Position numbers and translations under genes: made by a program. Shown one piece after another: positions 1 through 43,648 of a DNA stretch of 64,000 bases (position 1 is the stretch's first letter; the number at the start of each line of letters is the position of its first letter). The stretch covers positions 337,094,001 to 337,158,000 of the forward strand of contig OZ024743.1 in assembly GCA_964016885.1 (NCBI GenBank), in the 5' to 3' direction. The notes under the pieces were generated by a model. That model made no database searches, had not been told where the DNA came from, and worked only from the letters and a program-made list of their open reading frames with translations. The DNA comes from Eledone cirrhosa (taxonomy: Eukaryota).

Positions 1-2280
1 ACATTACATAGAGACCATGAGGGAAGCTAGGCGACAAGTATACTTAGCTAGGAGGGAAGCAGAGGATAGAAAATTCAAGCATGTTTTGCAACGTGAGGAC
101 CAGAAACAGGAGGTGTTCAAGGTTGCGAGGCAGTGTGTCAGAGAGAATTGTGATGTCATTGGAGAGAAGTGTATCCAGAATGATAAAGTTGAGCTTGCCC
201 TCACAAGTGCTGAGAAGAAAGATGCATGGAAGAGCCATTATGATAGATTACTAAATGAGGAGAATGCATGGGAAGAAGAGACCCTACCCCAAGTAGACCC
301 TATAGAGGGGCCAGCAGTACAAGTCAGCAGCAGTGTAGTAAGTAAGGCAATCAAAGATATGAAGATGGGGAAGGCAACCGGTTCATCGTGTAAAGCTGCC
401 GAGATGCTGAAGGCATCTGAGTCTGTAGGTCACACTATAACCACACATAGTTAACCAGGTAATACTAGGTGTCATACCAAAAGATTGGTGCAGTAGCATC
501 ATTGTCAACTGCTACAAAGGTAAAGGTGATGCACTAGATAGAGGAAACTATAGAGGTATAAAGCTGATGGACGAGGTCATGAAAGTAACAGAAAGAGTTA
601 TAGCACAGCTGATTAGGGACCGGGTGAAACTAGATGAGATGCAATTTAGGTTTGTACCAGGAAGTTTCACCACTGATGCCCTCTTCCTTGTGAGGCAGTT
701 ACAGGAAAAGTACCTAGTTAAAAGTAAGCCACTCTACCTGGCATTCGTCGATCTTGAGAAAGCCTTTGACAGAGTTCCACGTGCTATAATCTGGTGGGCT
801 CTTAGAAAACTAGGAGTAGATGAATGGCTTGTGAAAGCTGTACAAGCCATGTATAGGGGAGCAGTCAGCAAAGTTAGGATTAGCAATGAGTATAGCGAGG
901 AATTTAGCGTACAGGTTGGTGTCCACCAGGGCTCTGTTCTTAGCCCTCTCCTGTTCATCAGTCCTGCAGGCAATAACGGAGGAGTTTAAGACCGGATGCC
1001 CATGGGAACTCCTGTATGCAAATGACCTCGCACTTATAGCTGAATCTATGGTAGAACTAGAGAAGAAATTCCAAACTTGGAAGCAGGGACTAGAAAGAAA
1101 GGGTCTCAAAGTCAACCTGACAAAGACTAAGGTCCTTATAAGTATACTAGAAAACAGATCCCAGATCCCCTCAGGGAAATGGCCTTGCTCAGTATGTAGG
1201 AAAGGTGTAGGTAGGAACTCCATTCTCTGCCCCAAACGCAAACAATGGGTACACAAGAGATGTAGCAGGATCTCAGGAAGCTTAATTAAGAATGTAGGCT
1301 TCACATGTAGCAGCTGTGCTGGGACAGCAAGCAGCAAACAACCACTGGAAACAAGTACCACCAATCTCTGGGAGGGCTCTGTAGAAACAGTAGACAGCTT
1401 CTGCTACCTAAGTGACCGAATTAGCAGCGGAGGTGGGTGTTCAGAAAGTACAATAACTAGGGTAAGAACGGGATGGAAGAAGTTCAGGGAACTACTGCCA
1501 CTGCGAGCTGCAAAAAGGCTTCTCCCTAAAATGAAAGGCAGACTGTATGATGCGTGTATACGAACAGCAATGTTACATGGTAGTGAGACCTGGGCGCTGA
1601 AGGTGGAAGACTTACGTAGATTAGAAAGAAACGAAGCCTGCATGCTCCGATGGATGTGTAATAGTAATATACGCGAACGGCAAAGTATAAATGAATTGAG
1701 AGAGAGACTGAGCATAAGAGGAATCAAATGGTGTGTGCAGGAGAGGCGGTTGCGTTGGTATGGACATGTGATGCATATGAAGGATGACAGCTGCATAAAA
1801 AGGAGCAGAGCACTAGAAGTCAATGGAAACTGCGGAGTGGGGAGACCCAAGAAGACCTGGGATGAGGTGATAAAAGCTGACCTTACCAAATTACACCTCT
1901 CAAAGGCGATGACACACGACCGTGACCTCTGGCATCACGCAGTAATACAGAGTACCCGACCTCCCATGGGTACAAGCTGAAGCATATAGACAATATGCCT
2001 CCACACCCTCCCACTGCAAAGTGGTCGTGGAGGTGCCACGGCAAAAAAGCACCCAGCCCACACTGTAAAGTGGACGTATAGGCGCCACGGAAAAAGGCAC
2101 CCAGCACACTGTAAATGAGGTTGGTGTTAGGAAGGGCATCCAGCTGTAGAAATCAAGCCAAAATCAGTTCCTGCATGAGCAAGGCATGGTCAGCTGACCA
2201 GACACTGCCCACAACAGGACAACCCGTCTAACCCATGCTAGCATGGAAGAACGGACGTAAAACGGTGATGATGATGATGA
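1..2280 (+). mobile_element. RTE-clade non-LTR retrotransposon (frameshifted ORF, 3' UTR, (GAT)n tail)
   Basis: ORF pieces 17-454, 567-989 and 886-1980 carry RT motifs (AFVDLEKAFDRVP, GVHQGSVLSPLLF, LLYANDL = degenerate YADD) and the RTE C-terminus (RRLRWYGHV, GRPKKTW). The element ends in a gatgatgat tail at about 2266-2280. Confidence 0.95.
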
Positions 2281-3557
2281 TTATGTTAAGAGGTACTTTG
2301 TATATATATCAAATAAAAAACTAATATAGCCAATTATAGTGTACATTGTGTATATACCAAACTATAGTATACATTGTGTTTGTATGTGTATATATATATC
2401 ATGATGCTCTTCAACGACACTGGTAACATGTAAGCCAGTACAACCTGTCCATGGTTGGGTCATGTTGAGGAGGGTGATTCCGGACACCCTGCGGGATGAA
2501 AAACAAGACTCATCAAATGGCAGAGAAACTTTCATTTTGTGGAGCAAGAGACTCCTTTGTTTTAAAACATCTCTCCAGGAAAAGGTCACTCTGATATAAA
2601 ACCTGCAACTTTGTTTGCATCCGATGAAGCAAACCAGTTCTACTTTTTTGGTAAATGCATTCTATGTTCAGAATGGGACTGGCCCCATGCAAAGGCTTTC
2701 CTCACTTAAAAAGGCTTAGGCACTGCTTGATATGTGATATTTTTGGCGATGCATGGCATGGTTGGGTATAGGCAAGTTCCTAGCAGGACTAAAACGCTAT
2801 GTCTGTGAAGCTCATGCTTAAGTATCAAGTATGTAGTGGGTGTTTTTATCATGTAGATCACTAACACTAGGGAAGATGTCCTTCACACAACTGAAGAGTC
2901 CTATATATATCTGTATGGATAAAACATGGTCATCTGATCTGACTTGTCTCACAACAGGAAACTCGTCTAACCCATGCTAGCATGGACAAATGGATGTTAA
3001 ATGGTGATGATGATGATGATGATGTCAAATGAAATATCAATATATCCAACTGTAAGAAAGTGATCACAAAGTAACAATTGATTTTTAAAAATGGTGCTTC
3101 AGACATAATCACAATTGGAGTTGACTATACAATTATTGAGTTTTGAAAAGCTTTCTCATGTTGATATGATACATTGAAAATGGGAGAAGACTTGAAGAAT
3201 CCTGAGATTGCAAGGAGAGGGACAAAACCTTTTCCTCTGAGAACCACAGAAATAAAGTAATAACAATAAATCCACAGTATTTGAATGACTAAATAATCTA
3301 TTAAAAGTTCATAGGAATACTTTATTTTGTGAATAGTAAAAAAAAAACTACCAAAAATAATTTTTCTTTTAAATCACACACCTCTACTTGATGTGCCATA
3401 ATACAGAATACATTTTTTTTACTGCAAAAAGAAAAAAAGAAAAACACACAAAGAGTTTTGTTTGTATTATGTTATGTGTGTGTGAAGAGAAATATATTAA
3501 AACATTATATGTCTATATATCATTATATTTCTATATAACATATTTCTATATAAGGTA

Positions 3558-3827
3558 TTATTGTGATGCAGCCCTTTGTAAGATTTGCTGGAAGCGACTG
3601 GCCACTAGTAATGATGTGTCTATGAATCGATCAACACAGTTTGAAATGCAAGTCTCTGTACGACTGTCCATCTTATCGCGTGGTTTATCTAAGCATGTGT
3701 CCCAACAGATATCTGTCAGTTTGTGAATCTGGCTCTGGAATTGTGCCTTCGCCTGTTCCTGTTGCAACGCTGCTTGCAGTTCTTTGTCATTGTCAAGTTT
3801 TTTGCTATCAAAGTCAAATGATGACAT
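3558..3827 (-). CDS. TIMM8: Mitochondrial intermembrane-space small Tim chaperone Tim8 (89 aa)
   Basis: MSSFDFDS...QIHKLTDICWDTCLDKPRDKMDSRTETCISNCVDRFIDTS contains the twin CX3C motif and Tim8 signature residues. There is an AG acceptor at about 3954 and a minus-strand AATAAA at 3321-3326. Confidence 0.95.
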   Translation of the reverse strand: MSSFDFDSKKLDNDKELQAALQQEQAKAQFQSQIHKLTDICWDTCLDKPRDKMDSRTETCISNCVDRFIDTSLLVASRFQQILQRAASQ

Positions 3828-5897
3828 CTTTCTTGTTCTTTGGTCAGAATTAGATGATAAAGTGAGAGAAAAAAAAATCGAAGAAATTTGATGATGTCCT
3901 TTGATATATTTCTCAGTAATCAAATTATTCACAATGATGTTAATCTATGCAATCTGGAAATAAAAAAATTATAATTTTAATCCTTTTATTTTATTAAAAC
4001 AATAAAAATAAAACTGACAATATGAATTTCTCTCATAAATGACATAAGGTGTATACAGTGTTGAAACCAATAGAAATATTATATCATCACAGTTTAATGT
4101 CTATTTCCCAAGCTTGTATTGGTCAGACGGGTCGTCATGTTCTGAGACCAGACTGATCAGGTTACCATGTCTTGCTCATACATTTGATTTTAATTGCTTT
4201 CTATGGTTGGATGCCATTCCTAACACCAACCACTTTACAGTATCTATTGAGAGGAAGGTTACTATGGCAGATGCTTTTCCTAACACCAACCACTTTACAG
4301 TGTGTACCGGAAGTATGGTTTCTATGTCTGTATGCCTTTCCTAACACCAATCACTTTACAGTGTGTACTGGGAACATATCATGTCTCGGACACTACCACC
4401 TTCCTTCTAGTATATATAGAACTAAAGCTGTACAAATTTAACATTGCACAAGGACTATATGATAACTACAACCACTTCTCAGTGAATGATCAGTTCCCGT
4501 CTCACTGACTGCAAAGGATTAGCAAAGACTAAAAAGATATGAAATAAGTATGATATCAGCGTGCATGAACAACATAGCATAAAAGAGCTGAGAGAAAAAC
4601 TCAGTAAAAGAGATAGTACAAGAGAGAAGATTGCGCTTGTATGAACGTGGGACTAATATGGATGAAGACAATTGTATAAAGTGTAGGGCACTTAAGTGAT
4701 GAATAGGATCCATGGAAAAGGAAGACATGGGATAAAGTAATAAAGGCTTACAACATAGATAACTGTAACAATTGATGACTAGTGGTGTTAGTTATGACAT
4801 ACCTAACATGAGTTAAACACACCATATGTCCCCTTTAACTCTATTCTCCTTTCATTTCTACAGTACTATCTGCTATTCTTTATTCCTGTCCCCACCTCGC
4901 TACCACACCCTACATTCTGGAAAACATGTAATGAGGTGTGACATCTGCCTCACTACACCATACTATTATAACACACCAAACTACACCATACCACACTACA
5001 CTTTACTACACTACACCGTATCACATCATACCACACTACACTACACCTTATCACATTACACTACACCACACTCAGTTTTACTGTCATCATATCTGTACCT
5101 TTCCACATTACCATACATTAGTTCTCTAATTTATTCCACACTACCCTATTTTACCTCACTATTCCCCTCTGCATTACAAAAAGGCCACACACACACACAC
5201 ACCAAGTATTAGTGCCAATATAAAATACACTTGGTACTCTTCATGTCGTAGTTGACATCCAGCCTATAAAAGAAACATAGACCTGACAATCTCCCTAGTG
5301 CTGGTGCGATGATAAAATGTACCTAGTGCTTCTGTAAAGTGGTTGGTGTTCGGAAGGACATTTGGTCGTAGAAACAATACTTCCAGTATCTGCTGTAAAG
5401 TGGTTGGTGTTAATAAGGGAATCCAGCCGTAGAAACCATACCAAACGGTTGGGAGGACACTTCAATTGTGTCAAGGTCACAACAAACTCCCTTGTATTGG
5501 TGCCACAATAAAATGCAACCTGTAAAAACCATGCTCCACAAAGGGTTCGGAGGACACTTTAGTTGTATCACACAACCCCCCTAATGATTTTGTTTCGATA
5601 AAATGCACCCAGCACACTCTGTAAAGTGGTTGATATTAGGGCGCCCAGCTGTAGAAAACATGTAAACGAGGCGTTGTTCCAGGTCCTTCTGTGAGGACAG
5701 TAGCTCCAATTAAACATTCTCTTGGGTTAAGACTTCAATTAGATACTCCAATTAAATGCTGATTAGACCGAACTTGATAATGATGACAATGAGTAGGGCA
5801 AGTGCGCGTGTATGCGGTCATGGCAATTACATCGTGGAAGGTTAAGTTACTTGCTAATCAAGTACAACCCAATATATATATATATATACGCACACAA

Positions 5898-5945
<48 letters not shown>

Positions 5946-6071
5946 AAAGTAACGAAGATCGTTGGTATAAATTCAGCGTCCTCCGGCCATATATATATGG
6001 GGGTTTTACTTGATTGGTAAGCGACTTGATCTTCCACGACGTTAATTGTTATTTACACACGAATAAGTTTA

Positions 6072-6143
<72 letters not shown>

Positions 6144-6279
6144 CAGAGCGGGAGAAACAATTTCGTACTGTGGTAAAATAGAGGTCATAGAAATATGACG
6201 GTATAAGCCGGTATGAAAATATAGAATATGAAGAAAACAGCAAAATATGACAGAAGGCTAATATTTCGCCTGTGCTCAC

Positions 6280-6400
6280 CTGTAATTATATATTTAAAAA
6301 GACTATATCAAAAGCCGGCTTCTATGTAGTCAAAGTCGTTAAGAGTTGCTTAGTTCGAATCTCGACGAGGGTGGGGGCGAATAAACATGTGCCAACAGTA
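6280..6400 (-). promoter_or_regulatory. Probable non-coding first exon / promoter region of TIMM8
   Basis: Strong minus-strand donor CAG|GTGAGC at 6280/6279 in a locally CpG-richer stretch. The upstream boundary is a guess. Confidence 0.4.
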
Positions 6401-7329
6401 ACGGAAATACCAACAAGTTATCCCCCTTAGATTCATCCCCATGTTAACGTTATTCCGGGCCAGGCTTGATCAAGCCGACACTTATGATCATTCCAGCCAT
6501 GACCATTATATCATCTGTATTTTTGACTATACATGTCATTTGACTACGAATTTACTACGTTAGACTTAGCATTCGTTGAGTGGCCTGCTAGAAATAACAA
6601 CCAAATCCCACGAGTGTCCTAGAAATAGCAACAAAATCCCACGCAATCGTCTTGTCATGACTGGAATGCCTTTGATCATGAGTTTGTCTGCTGGATCACA
6701 GTTGACCTGGGGATAAACAACAATATTTTGCTTAAGTCAACAAAGAGACCTCTACATGGTCGATTGACCTGCTAGAAATAGCAATAGAATTTCCATCAAA
6801 TCACATACCACCGCATTAAAAATTTAAAAAAATAAAACATTTCATTTGATATTGTAGTTCTAAATATATAATTTTTTCTAGAAATAGATGGATGGTCATA
6901 TATATGGTGGAGACAATGTCAGAATAATACAAATGGAGACAGTCGCTTCTGATAGGACCTGTTGAAAGGCATGTTTTAAGACTGCTCCCATGACTAGAAG
7001 ACGGAGGAGGGTCAAAATGAGCCATATCTAGTTAAATATAAGACATTTTTTCTTTCTGTATGTGCATAGTGTAGCTTAATATAGTTCTCCATGACGACGA
7101 GGAGGAAACAAATTGGTGGAGTCGTTTGCAGTATCTCTATAATCTAAGTTCAAATCCCATCAAGTTCCACTTTGCTTTGAACCTTTGGAAGTTGATAAAA
7201 TAAAGAACCAGTCAAATAATGGACTCGATCCTTTCTCACTTCCTCTGGAAGAAGTCAGTTGTGTTCAGACCTGATGAGGAGATGGGCTCTGTTAGGTTTA
7301 AAAGGCCCAAGGCACTCTGTTATGTCACA

Positions 7330-7600
7330 CTCTTCTTCACCCTCTTATTCCTGAGAGGATCGTAGGAGCAGTCCTCAAACACCCCTTCCAGAAGGTCCTG
7401 TCAAAAACAACCTCCTCCAGCTGAATCCCCAAGCGAGACCAGCCAAGCTTGTGGATGTTATACAACCATCTTGCTCGGGGTCTACCCCTGGGTCTCCTGC
7501 TAGTTGGTTTTGTTCATAAAATCTGTCCAATGATTCTTTCCTGAGACATTCTAACCACATGCCCTTCTCAGTAACCACTTGCATTCTACTAGCTTTATTG
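7330..7600 (-). mobile_element. Degenerate RTE-type LINE 3' fragment
   Basis: The minus strand reads ...KPTSRRPRGRPRARW..., an RTE C-terminal motif. Confidence 0.55.
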
Positions 7601-10600
7601 CCTTGCTTGGGATGAGCAGAATATAAAAAAATACCTTTCTGTGATAAATACTTGGGTGGATCATATCATCTTGATACATACATAGACCATACCATCCGGC
7701 CATACTTATGTAGGTAGACCACACCATTGTGGTACATACTGAATTAGGCCATACCATTTTGTAGTACATACTAAGTTAAACCACACCACCCTGCAGTACA
7801 TAGTTACTTTGGGGTCCAAAATAATAGGTGTGGGAGAATAAGTGTAGGTGTTGGAAAATCTGTAATTTTTCTAGGTTGTCTCCATTGATAATTTTAAAAC
7901 CAGAATTAGTTGTTTAGAACCCCAACCCATCCTATTTTATAATGTATGGGATTTCTAGTAATGTACTTTTTTTGTTATATATGTTTTTATATACAAAGAA
8001 AATTGTTCCAGGAATGTTACCACTTAAAACAAAATTTTGCCAGAGATAGATTAGCAAAATTTAATAAGCAGTAGGATTGGAATATGAGTGGGGGCTTTGG
8101 AGAAAATCTGAAAAATTAATAAGCATTGATCGGGGGGCATTATTCGAGATCAGAGAGTAAGTGGACCACACCATCATGAGGGAATGTGCTCCGCTAGGTA
8201 TAAAATGCCCATGACATGCTGTTATTTCACTACATTGCCTTTACACACACACTCTTCCAGCTTCTTACTTTCCTGTCAACTACAATTCGTAAAAATTCAA
8301 AAGCAACATCAATTGTCATCATCTCTCTCTATGAATTATGTTCTCCCAGTCTTGTTCATAAGTCAGAGAAAATACAGGAATAGAGTTTTCCCTTTTGAGG
8401 TTTTGTTACATTGGTCATGATGATGATGATGATGATGATGGTCAACGTAACTGTAGGTTTGTTAATTAGCCTTGCGCCTAAATTAGAAATCATTAACCCT
8501 TTAGCATTTATATTACTCTATATATACTCTTGTATTTTCATGGTAAAGGCTTTACCTCACATAGCATTTACATTACTCTATATATACTATTGTATTTTCA
8601 GTAAAGGCTTTGCCTCACATATCGAATTTTAACAAACGTTATACAATCATGTATAGCGTTTGTTAAAATTCCTATGACCAACTGCATAGCTGTAGATGGT
8701 CCACTAGTGTGACCTCAGTGTTTAAGAGTAGACAATGTCCCAGCATACAAACAACACAAGATAGCCTGCTCTGACTTACTTTTCCCCAACTAATTTTTTG
8801 AAGAAGGGAATTTATCACAAAATATAAAGACTTCCAAGGTAACATTCCAACTTTGATATCATTATTTTTAACATTTACTGTCTATTTTCATTGCAGTAGC
8901 CTTAAAAAAATAGTACTTTCGTTCCAAAAATGTTCCTAAAGAGGCCTATGTCAACTAACATGTTCCGAGAATATGCTCTGTTTGTTGGTGTAGCCATAGA
9001 GATTTCATAAATTAACGTATGTTCACTAGCATGAATTTAGAATATCCATTAAATAATTTCCTGTTGTATAACCAGAGTGTAGAGAGCGGCAACACTAGAT
9101 ACTTTATGAAGTGACCCACATGCTCCAGTGTGGTGGCAAAAGGTTCAACCCTTTTTAAAGCAATCCACCCCTTGGTTCTACAATACAAAACTGTTTATTT
9201 TAAAGTGTTTATATTTTTTTTAAAAACCCTTCCTTCTTAATTTTATGTAAGAAACTATGTTAATTTGTTCCAAACACTAGCTTAATAATCAGAAATTCCT
9301 CCAAATTAAAATCAAATAGTGCTTTTCATGAGAAATATGGTAATAGAAGGGTTAAAGTGTTTATATTTATCTAAAAACTTTCCATCATAAGTTTATTTAA
9401 GAACCTTTGTTAAATTGTTACAAACATCAGCTTAATAATGAGAAAGTTATTTATATTACTAAATTTCTCCAAATGAAAATTATAGGCAGTATTTTTAATG
9501 AGAAATATGTTAATAAATGAGTTTAAAGTGTTTATATATGTAAGAATTTTTGTTAAGTGATGTTCCAAACACCAGCTTCATCATCATCATCATCATCGTT
9601 TAACGTCCATCTTCCACGCTTGCATGGGTTAATGAGAATGCTTCCAGATAATCCTTCCAAATCCTTGATTATTTTCAATATGATTTGAAAATCATAGACA
9701 ATGTCTTTTGTTAGAAATATAACAAATCAGTTAAACCTTTAGCTTTTAAACTGGCCATATCCAGCCAGAATTCTCTCAGCTCTTTCTGTTCAAACCGGCT
9801 GTAACTGGCCACTCATACTAAAGTTAAGGTATTGTTCTCAAAATAAATAATATCAAAATCTCATAGATTCGATATTATGTGAGGTAAAGCCTTTACTGTG
9901 AAAATATAATAGCATACATGAAGTAATGTAAATTCTAAAGGGTTAAATCATTTCTATTTTTCTGTCCTCGATCAGGGATGACATGCAGGGCCAGATTTAG
10001 AGAGGGGTGCACTTCAGGCTTTGGGGGCCTATCAAACACAAAAATTTAGAATACACAACAAACTCATAATTTTACATATCAATGTTGGCTTGGCACAATT
10101 AATTGGAATCAAAGTTATACATACAGGTATTAAATTTAAAAAATCTAAACATCCTTATTTTACATCCACTTTCCACACTGGCATGTGTTGGACAGATTGT
10201 TGCAGTTTGAGACCAGACATATCAGTGTGACCTCATCTTGCTCATGCATTACATATTTGGTATGGTTTCTCTGGCTAGATGTCCTTCCTAACATAACCAC
10301 TTTAGAGTGTTTCTTGGGTAAATTATTTTTGTGATACCAGCACAACCATTTTACACAGTGACATCAAATACTTTTTATCAGAATATTGTTCTGATAACAA
10401 CCTGATGTCTCTATAGTTGAGAAAATGTTGCCATGGTGTAAGGACATTAAATATTTTTGTTAAAAATATAGTTTTTGTTGTCAAAAGGATAAAACTAAAA
10501 AGCCCGGTAGAGAGCACAAATAAATTGCTACGACCATCGCTGATGTCCACCCTCTCCCCACTGCAGTGGGACCCAGAGCAATTCCGCCTTTGCTCCCCAT

Positions 10601-11110
10601 TAAATCAAGTCCTGTTGACATGAGGATAGAAACAAAAACAGTAACAAGAGTAACACCAATGACAGTAACAACAACAACAGCAACAATAACAATGATATAC
10701 AACAATAATGATTTACAACACACCAATAGTTCTCTGAGAGAAAGATATAACAATAAAACATTTGCTGTTCTTTTACAAACAAAATCCTCAACTTTATACA
10801 TTTATTGACATTTTAACAAAACAGCAATTGCCCAATATCTATATGTGTGTCTGAGCCTGTATCATTAACATAATCACCATTTAACATGTTTTTAATGCTT
10901 CTGTCGGTTAGACAGGTTATGTTCTGAGGCTAGAAAGACCATGTGACAATATCTTGCTCATAAGTTCTGTTTTGGGATTGGTTTGTATAGCTGGATGTCC
11001 ATCCTAATTCAACCACTTTACAGTGTATGTGTGTGTGTTTATATGTGTATGTATGTATAAGCATGCCTGTGTATGTGTCCATGTGTGTACATATGTATAT
11101 GTATGTGCTA

Positions 11111-40543
<29,433 letters not shown>

Positions 40544-40741
40544 TGTTTTCTAATTCTCGGACAATGGCTACCTTTTTCTTTATTTCTGGAGAGATTTTGC
40601 AATAAATTAACAAGAAAACTTAATCAGTTATAATAGCAAACATAAATACAAGTAGATATATACATGTAATGACTAAATACAGGAAAAAAAATGTGTTCCT
40701 ACTATTGCTTCTAGTTTTCTATTTTTTATTTTCTCTCATTT

Positions 40742-40777
40742 TCTTCTGATGAAGGACTAAAGTACGAAATGTTAAGA
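40742..40777 (+). ncRNA. Degenerate Penelope-type minimal hammerhead motif
   Basis: tctt-CTGATGA-a-ggac-taaa-gtac-GAAA-tgtt-aaga: stem I (UCUU/AAGA) pairs, and stem II has one mismatch. Confidence 0.5.
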
Positions 40778-42599
40778 CCCTTTGCCTACTTTGCTTTTCG
40801 TTCTTACAGGCTCGATAAAATAAAGTACCAGCAACGCACTGGAGTCAATTTAATCGACTTTCCCATGCCCCAACATTGTTGGCCTTGTGTCTTAATCAGA
40901 CACCATTATATTTTCAAATCCTGCCGAGGTTAACTTTGCCTTTCATCCTTACGGGGTCGATAAAATAAAGTACCAGTAATACACTGGTTTAACTGCTGGC
41001 CTTGTGCCAAAAGTAGAAACAATTATTATATTGTATTGTTCTCTGGTGTTGATTTCCTTGTTCACTTTTCTCTTCGACTCTCTAAAAATCCTGTCAATCT
41101 GCCACCCTTAGTTTAGTAATAATTCTTTCTAACATTGGCACAGGACCAGAAATTTGGAGGAAGATTAAAAATCGATTATATCGCCCCAGTACTAAACAGG
41201 TACTTTATTTTATCGACTCCGAATTGATGAAAGGCAAAGTTGTCCTCAGTGGGATCTAAATTTAAAGAACTGTAACTAAATGCTGCAAAGCATTCTGCCA
41301 ACCCGTCGCCCTTTAGTCTTAATAACACCGAAGTGAAACTTGTGCGCGTGTTTTTGTCGGCAGCATCATCGTTCTAATGTATAACAATGTTTCATATTCG
41401 CTTCGAAAATATTGTCTGCCGTTATCTAGTTTCAAAATAAATTTCCATTTTTTTTTTTTTTTTTTTCTTAAATATATTTTCAAATCCTGCCGAGGTTAAC
41501 TTTGCCTTTCATCCTTACGGGGTCGATAAAATAAAGTACCAGTAATACACTGGTTTAACTGCTGGCCTTGTGCCAAAAGTAGAAACAATGCCATCATCAA
41601 AGACTATTCCAGTAAAAACAATACCATATTTTCTTGGGGGATTTACGATTTTATAAATGTAGTTAGAAATGTGTCTTAAAATTGTATTCAGCTGTATTAT
41701 TTATACATTACAAATTGTTTATAATTCTTACAGAATGAAAATATAAACATATATAATACAATTAATTATTGCTGGGAACCTCACAAGTATAGTCCACAAA
41801 AATATATGATCAAAGCGAGAGAAAAATTTAAAGAAAAACAACCATCAATTCACCATTTAATTAATCTAGTATTTGTAAATTAAAAATCAATACCCTATAG
41901 TCCGTTTTATTACACACGTATTCGACAAGATTATCAAGATTATTTCCTATCCTTAACTGAAATATTGATTTCTAATTTAGGCATAAGGATAGAGAAGGCG
42001 AAGTTGATTAAATCAACCCCAATATTTGACAGGTACTTTATTGATCCCTGGACGGATGAAAGTTTAAGTTGACATCGGTGGGATTTGATCTTGATGCCGC
42101 AATTGTATTTTATCCAACACTATCGAAAGCTTCAGGTGCAGCACCAACCAAGTCATAGGAAGCACTTCTTTTCTGCACGTGCGATCAACCACTGGAACAA
42201 CCTCAAACAGGAAAGTCAAGACTCGAGGAGTGGACCAACCACCCGCTTTGGTTCAACTATCGCTTCTCGTATTGATGCCAATCTGGGAGGCATCGATACT
42301 AAGACGTGGATCATCTCTACTTTGGTATGAGTCTAATTACCCTTACCAGGTACCAAATTACCAAACTTAATGTATAGTCTACCAATTCTGTCAATTCATC
42401 ACCTTAACATTAATTGAAATATTAAGAAGCTATTTCTTTTTTACAGATTTTTTTTTTTTTTTTGCTTTGAAATGGAGGAAACAAAAACAAATTATAAAAA
42501 CCAACAAATTACCGGGGTGGGTCCGAAACAAGGCCTTATTTTCTAACTATAATTGAATTAAAAATGTCAAACATACCAAATTATGGTTTTATAAATAAG

Positions 42600-42700
42600 T
42601 AAATCATTTCCAAACACGTGGGTAGCGCCATTTTGTTTACATTCTCTGAGATCTCGTTCTTATTCTCGCGAGGATACGACATTCTCCTGTTTAGGAACAT
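42600..42700. promoter_or_regulatory. Probable SPATA5 core promoter (possibly bidirectional)
   Basis: YY1-type CGCCATTTTG (about 42627) and a TCTCGCGAG motif (about 42664), both housekeeping-promoter motifs, lie about 2 kb upstream of the SPATA5 ATG. Confidence 0.5.
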
Positions 42701-43648
42701 CCTTAGGGATGAACGGTTAATCTCGTTCTCACCTGACTTTTAGTTCCAACACATTTTTTCAACCACACCCGGATAACTGCTTCAGTCGGCAGGTTAAACA
42801 TTTAGTAAGGGACTGGAGCTTAGAGAGGGGATAGACAAGCATTTCTAAGGTTCACTGAAATGCCATCATCAAAGACTATTCCAGTAAAAACAATACCATA
42901 TTTTCTTGGGGGATAAGCGAACAGCTGGTAAACACTGGTCCCAAGAATTGACGTTCATGAATTGTAGGTACAGATATATAGTCAACGTAGTAAATACTTT
43001 TATTACAGAAATATAAATTCGAAATTAAAAACAAAGAATATTTCTGTTTCACTACAAATGTGTATGTACAAGGTAATATATATCTTTGAAGTAATATGCT
43101 GCTAGCGCCCCAACTGTAATACGCCAAACAGAAAAAGAAATCGGTTGCAATTGAATAATGAAAGTATTTACACTCTTAATTATGTCTCTGATATCCTTCC
43201 ATATTTACGAATCATACATGTCAATTTTTGTACCGGTGTAAAAACTGCAAGTTATACTAAATTTTAAGTACTACCCGGTAATCTGAAATCGCTTTCATGT
43301 TAGATTGAATCTGATTTCAAATTACCCCTGCATTGTTCATATATTTCAGCCCTCTCTCTATTTGCTAAAATAAATACTAATGTTTACAACGCATTATACG
43401 TTTATGGTAGTATAAAACATGTGAAACATACGAGATTTTAAGTCGCTGTATGTGAAAAAGTAATTTTTTTAAATGTATGATTTTAACCACCAGCTCCTCT
43501 AAATTATCTACTATGTTCTTATTTAAAAAAAAATAAGCTAAATTTAAAGAAAGACATCCCACCGATTTTAGTAGGAAATGTTTTTGTTTTTTTCTTATTT
43601 TGATTTTTGCCTGCTATCAATTAAATTTCTCTCCTACTATGGTGCAAT

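Noticed and set aside
3828-3932. N-terminal extension of TIMM8 in the ORF track (124 aa)
   Set aside because: It starts at a non-ATG codon, and Tim8 similarity begins at the ATG at 3827.
4826-5212. His/Thr/Tyr-rich ORFs
   Set aside because: They are translations of a degenerate (CACTA)n simple repeat.
7271-7305. CTGATGAG as a hammerhead core
   Set aside because: There is no properly placed stem II plus GAAA.
10323-10808. Overlapping short ORFs near the SPATA5 3' end
   Set aside because: They are low-complexity (ACA)n-driven or lack recognisable motifs, and no consistent exon chain was found.
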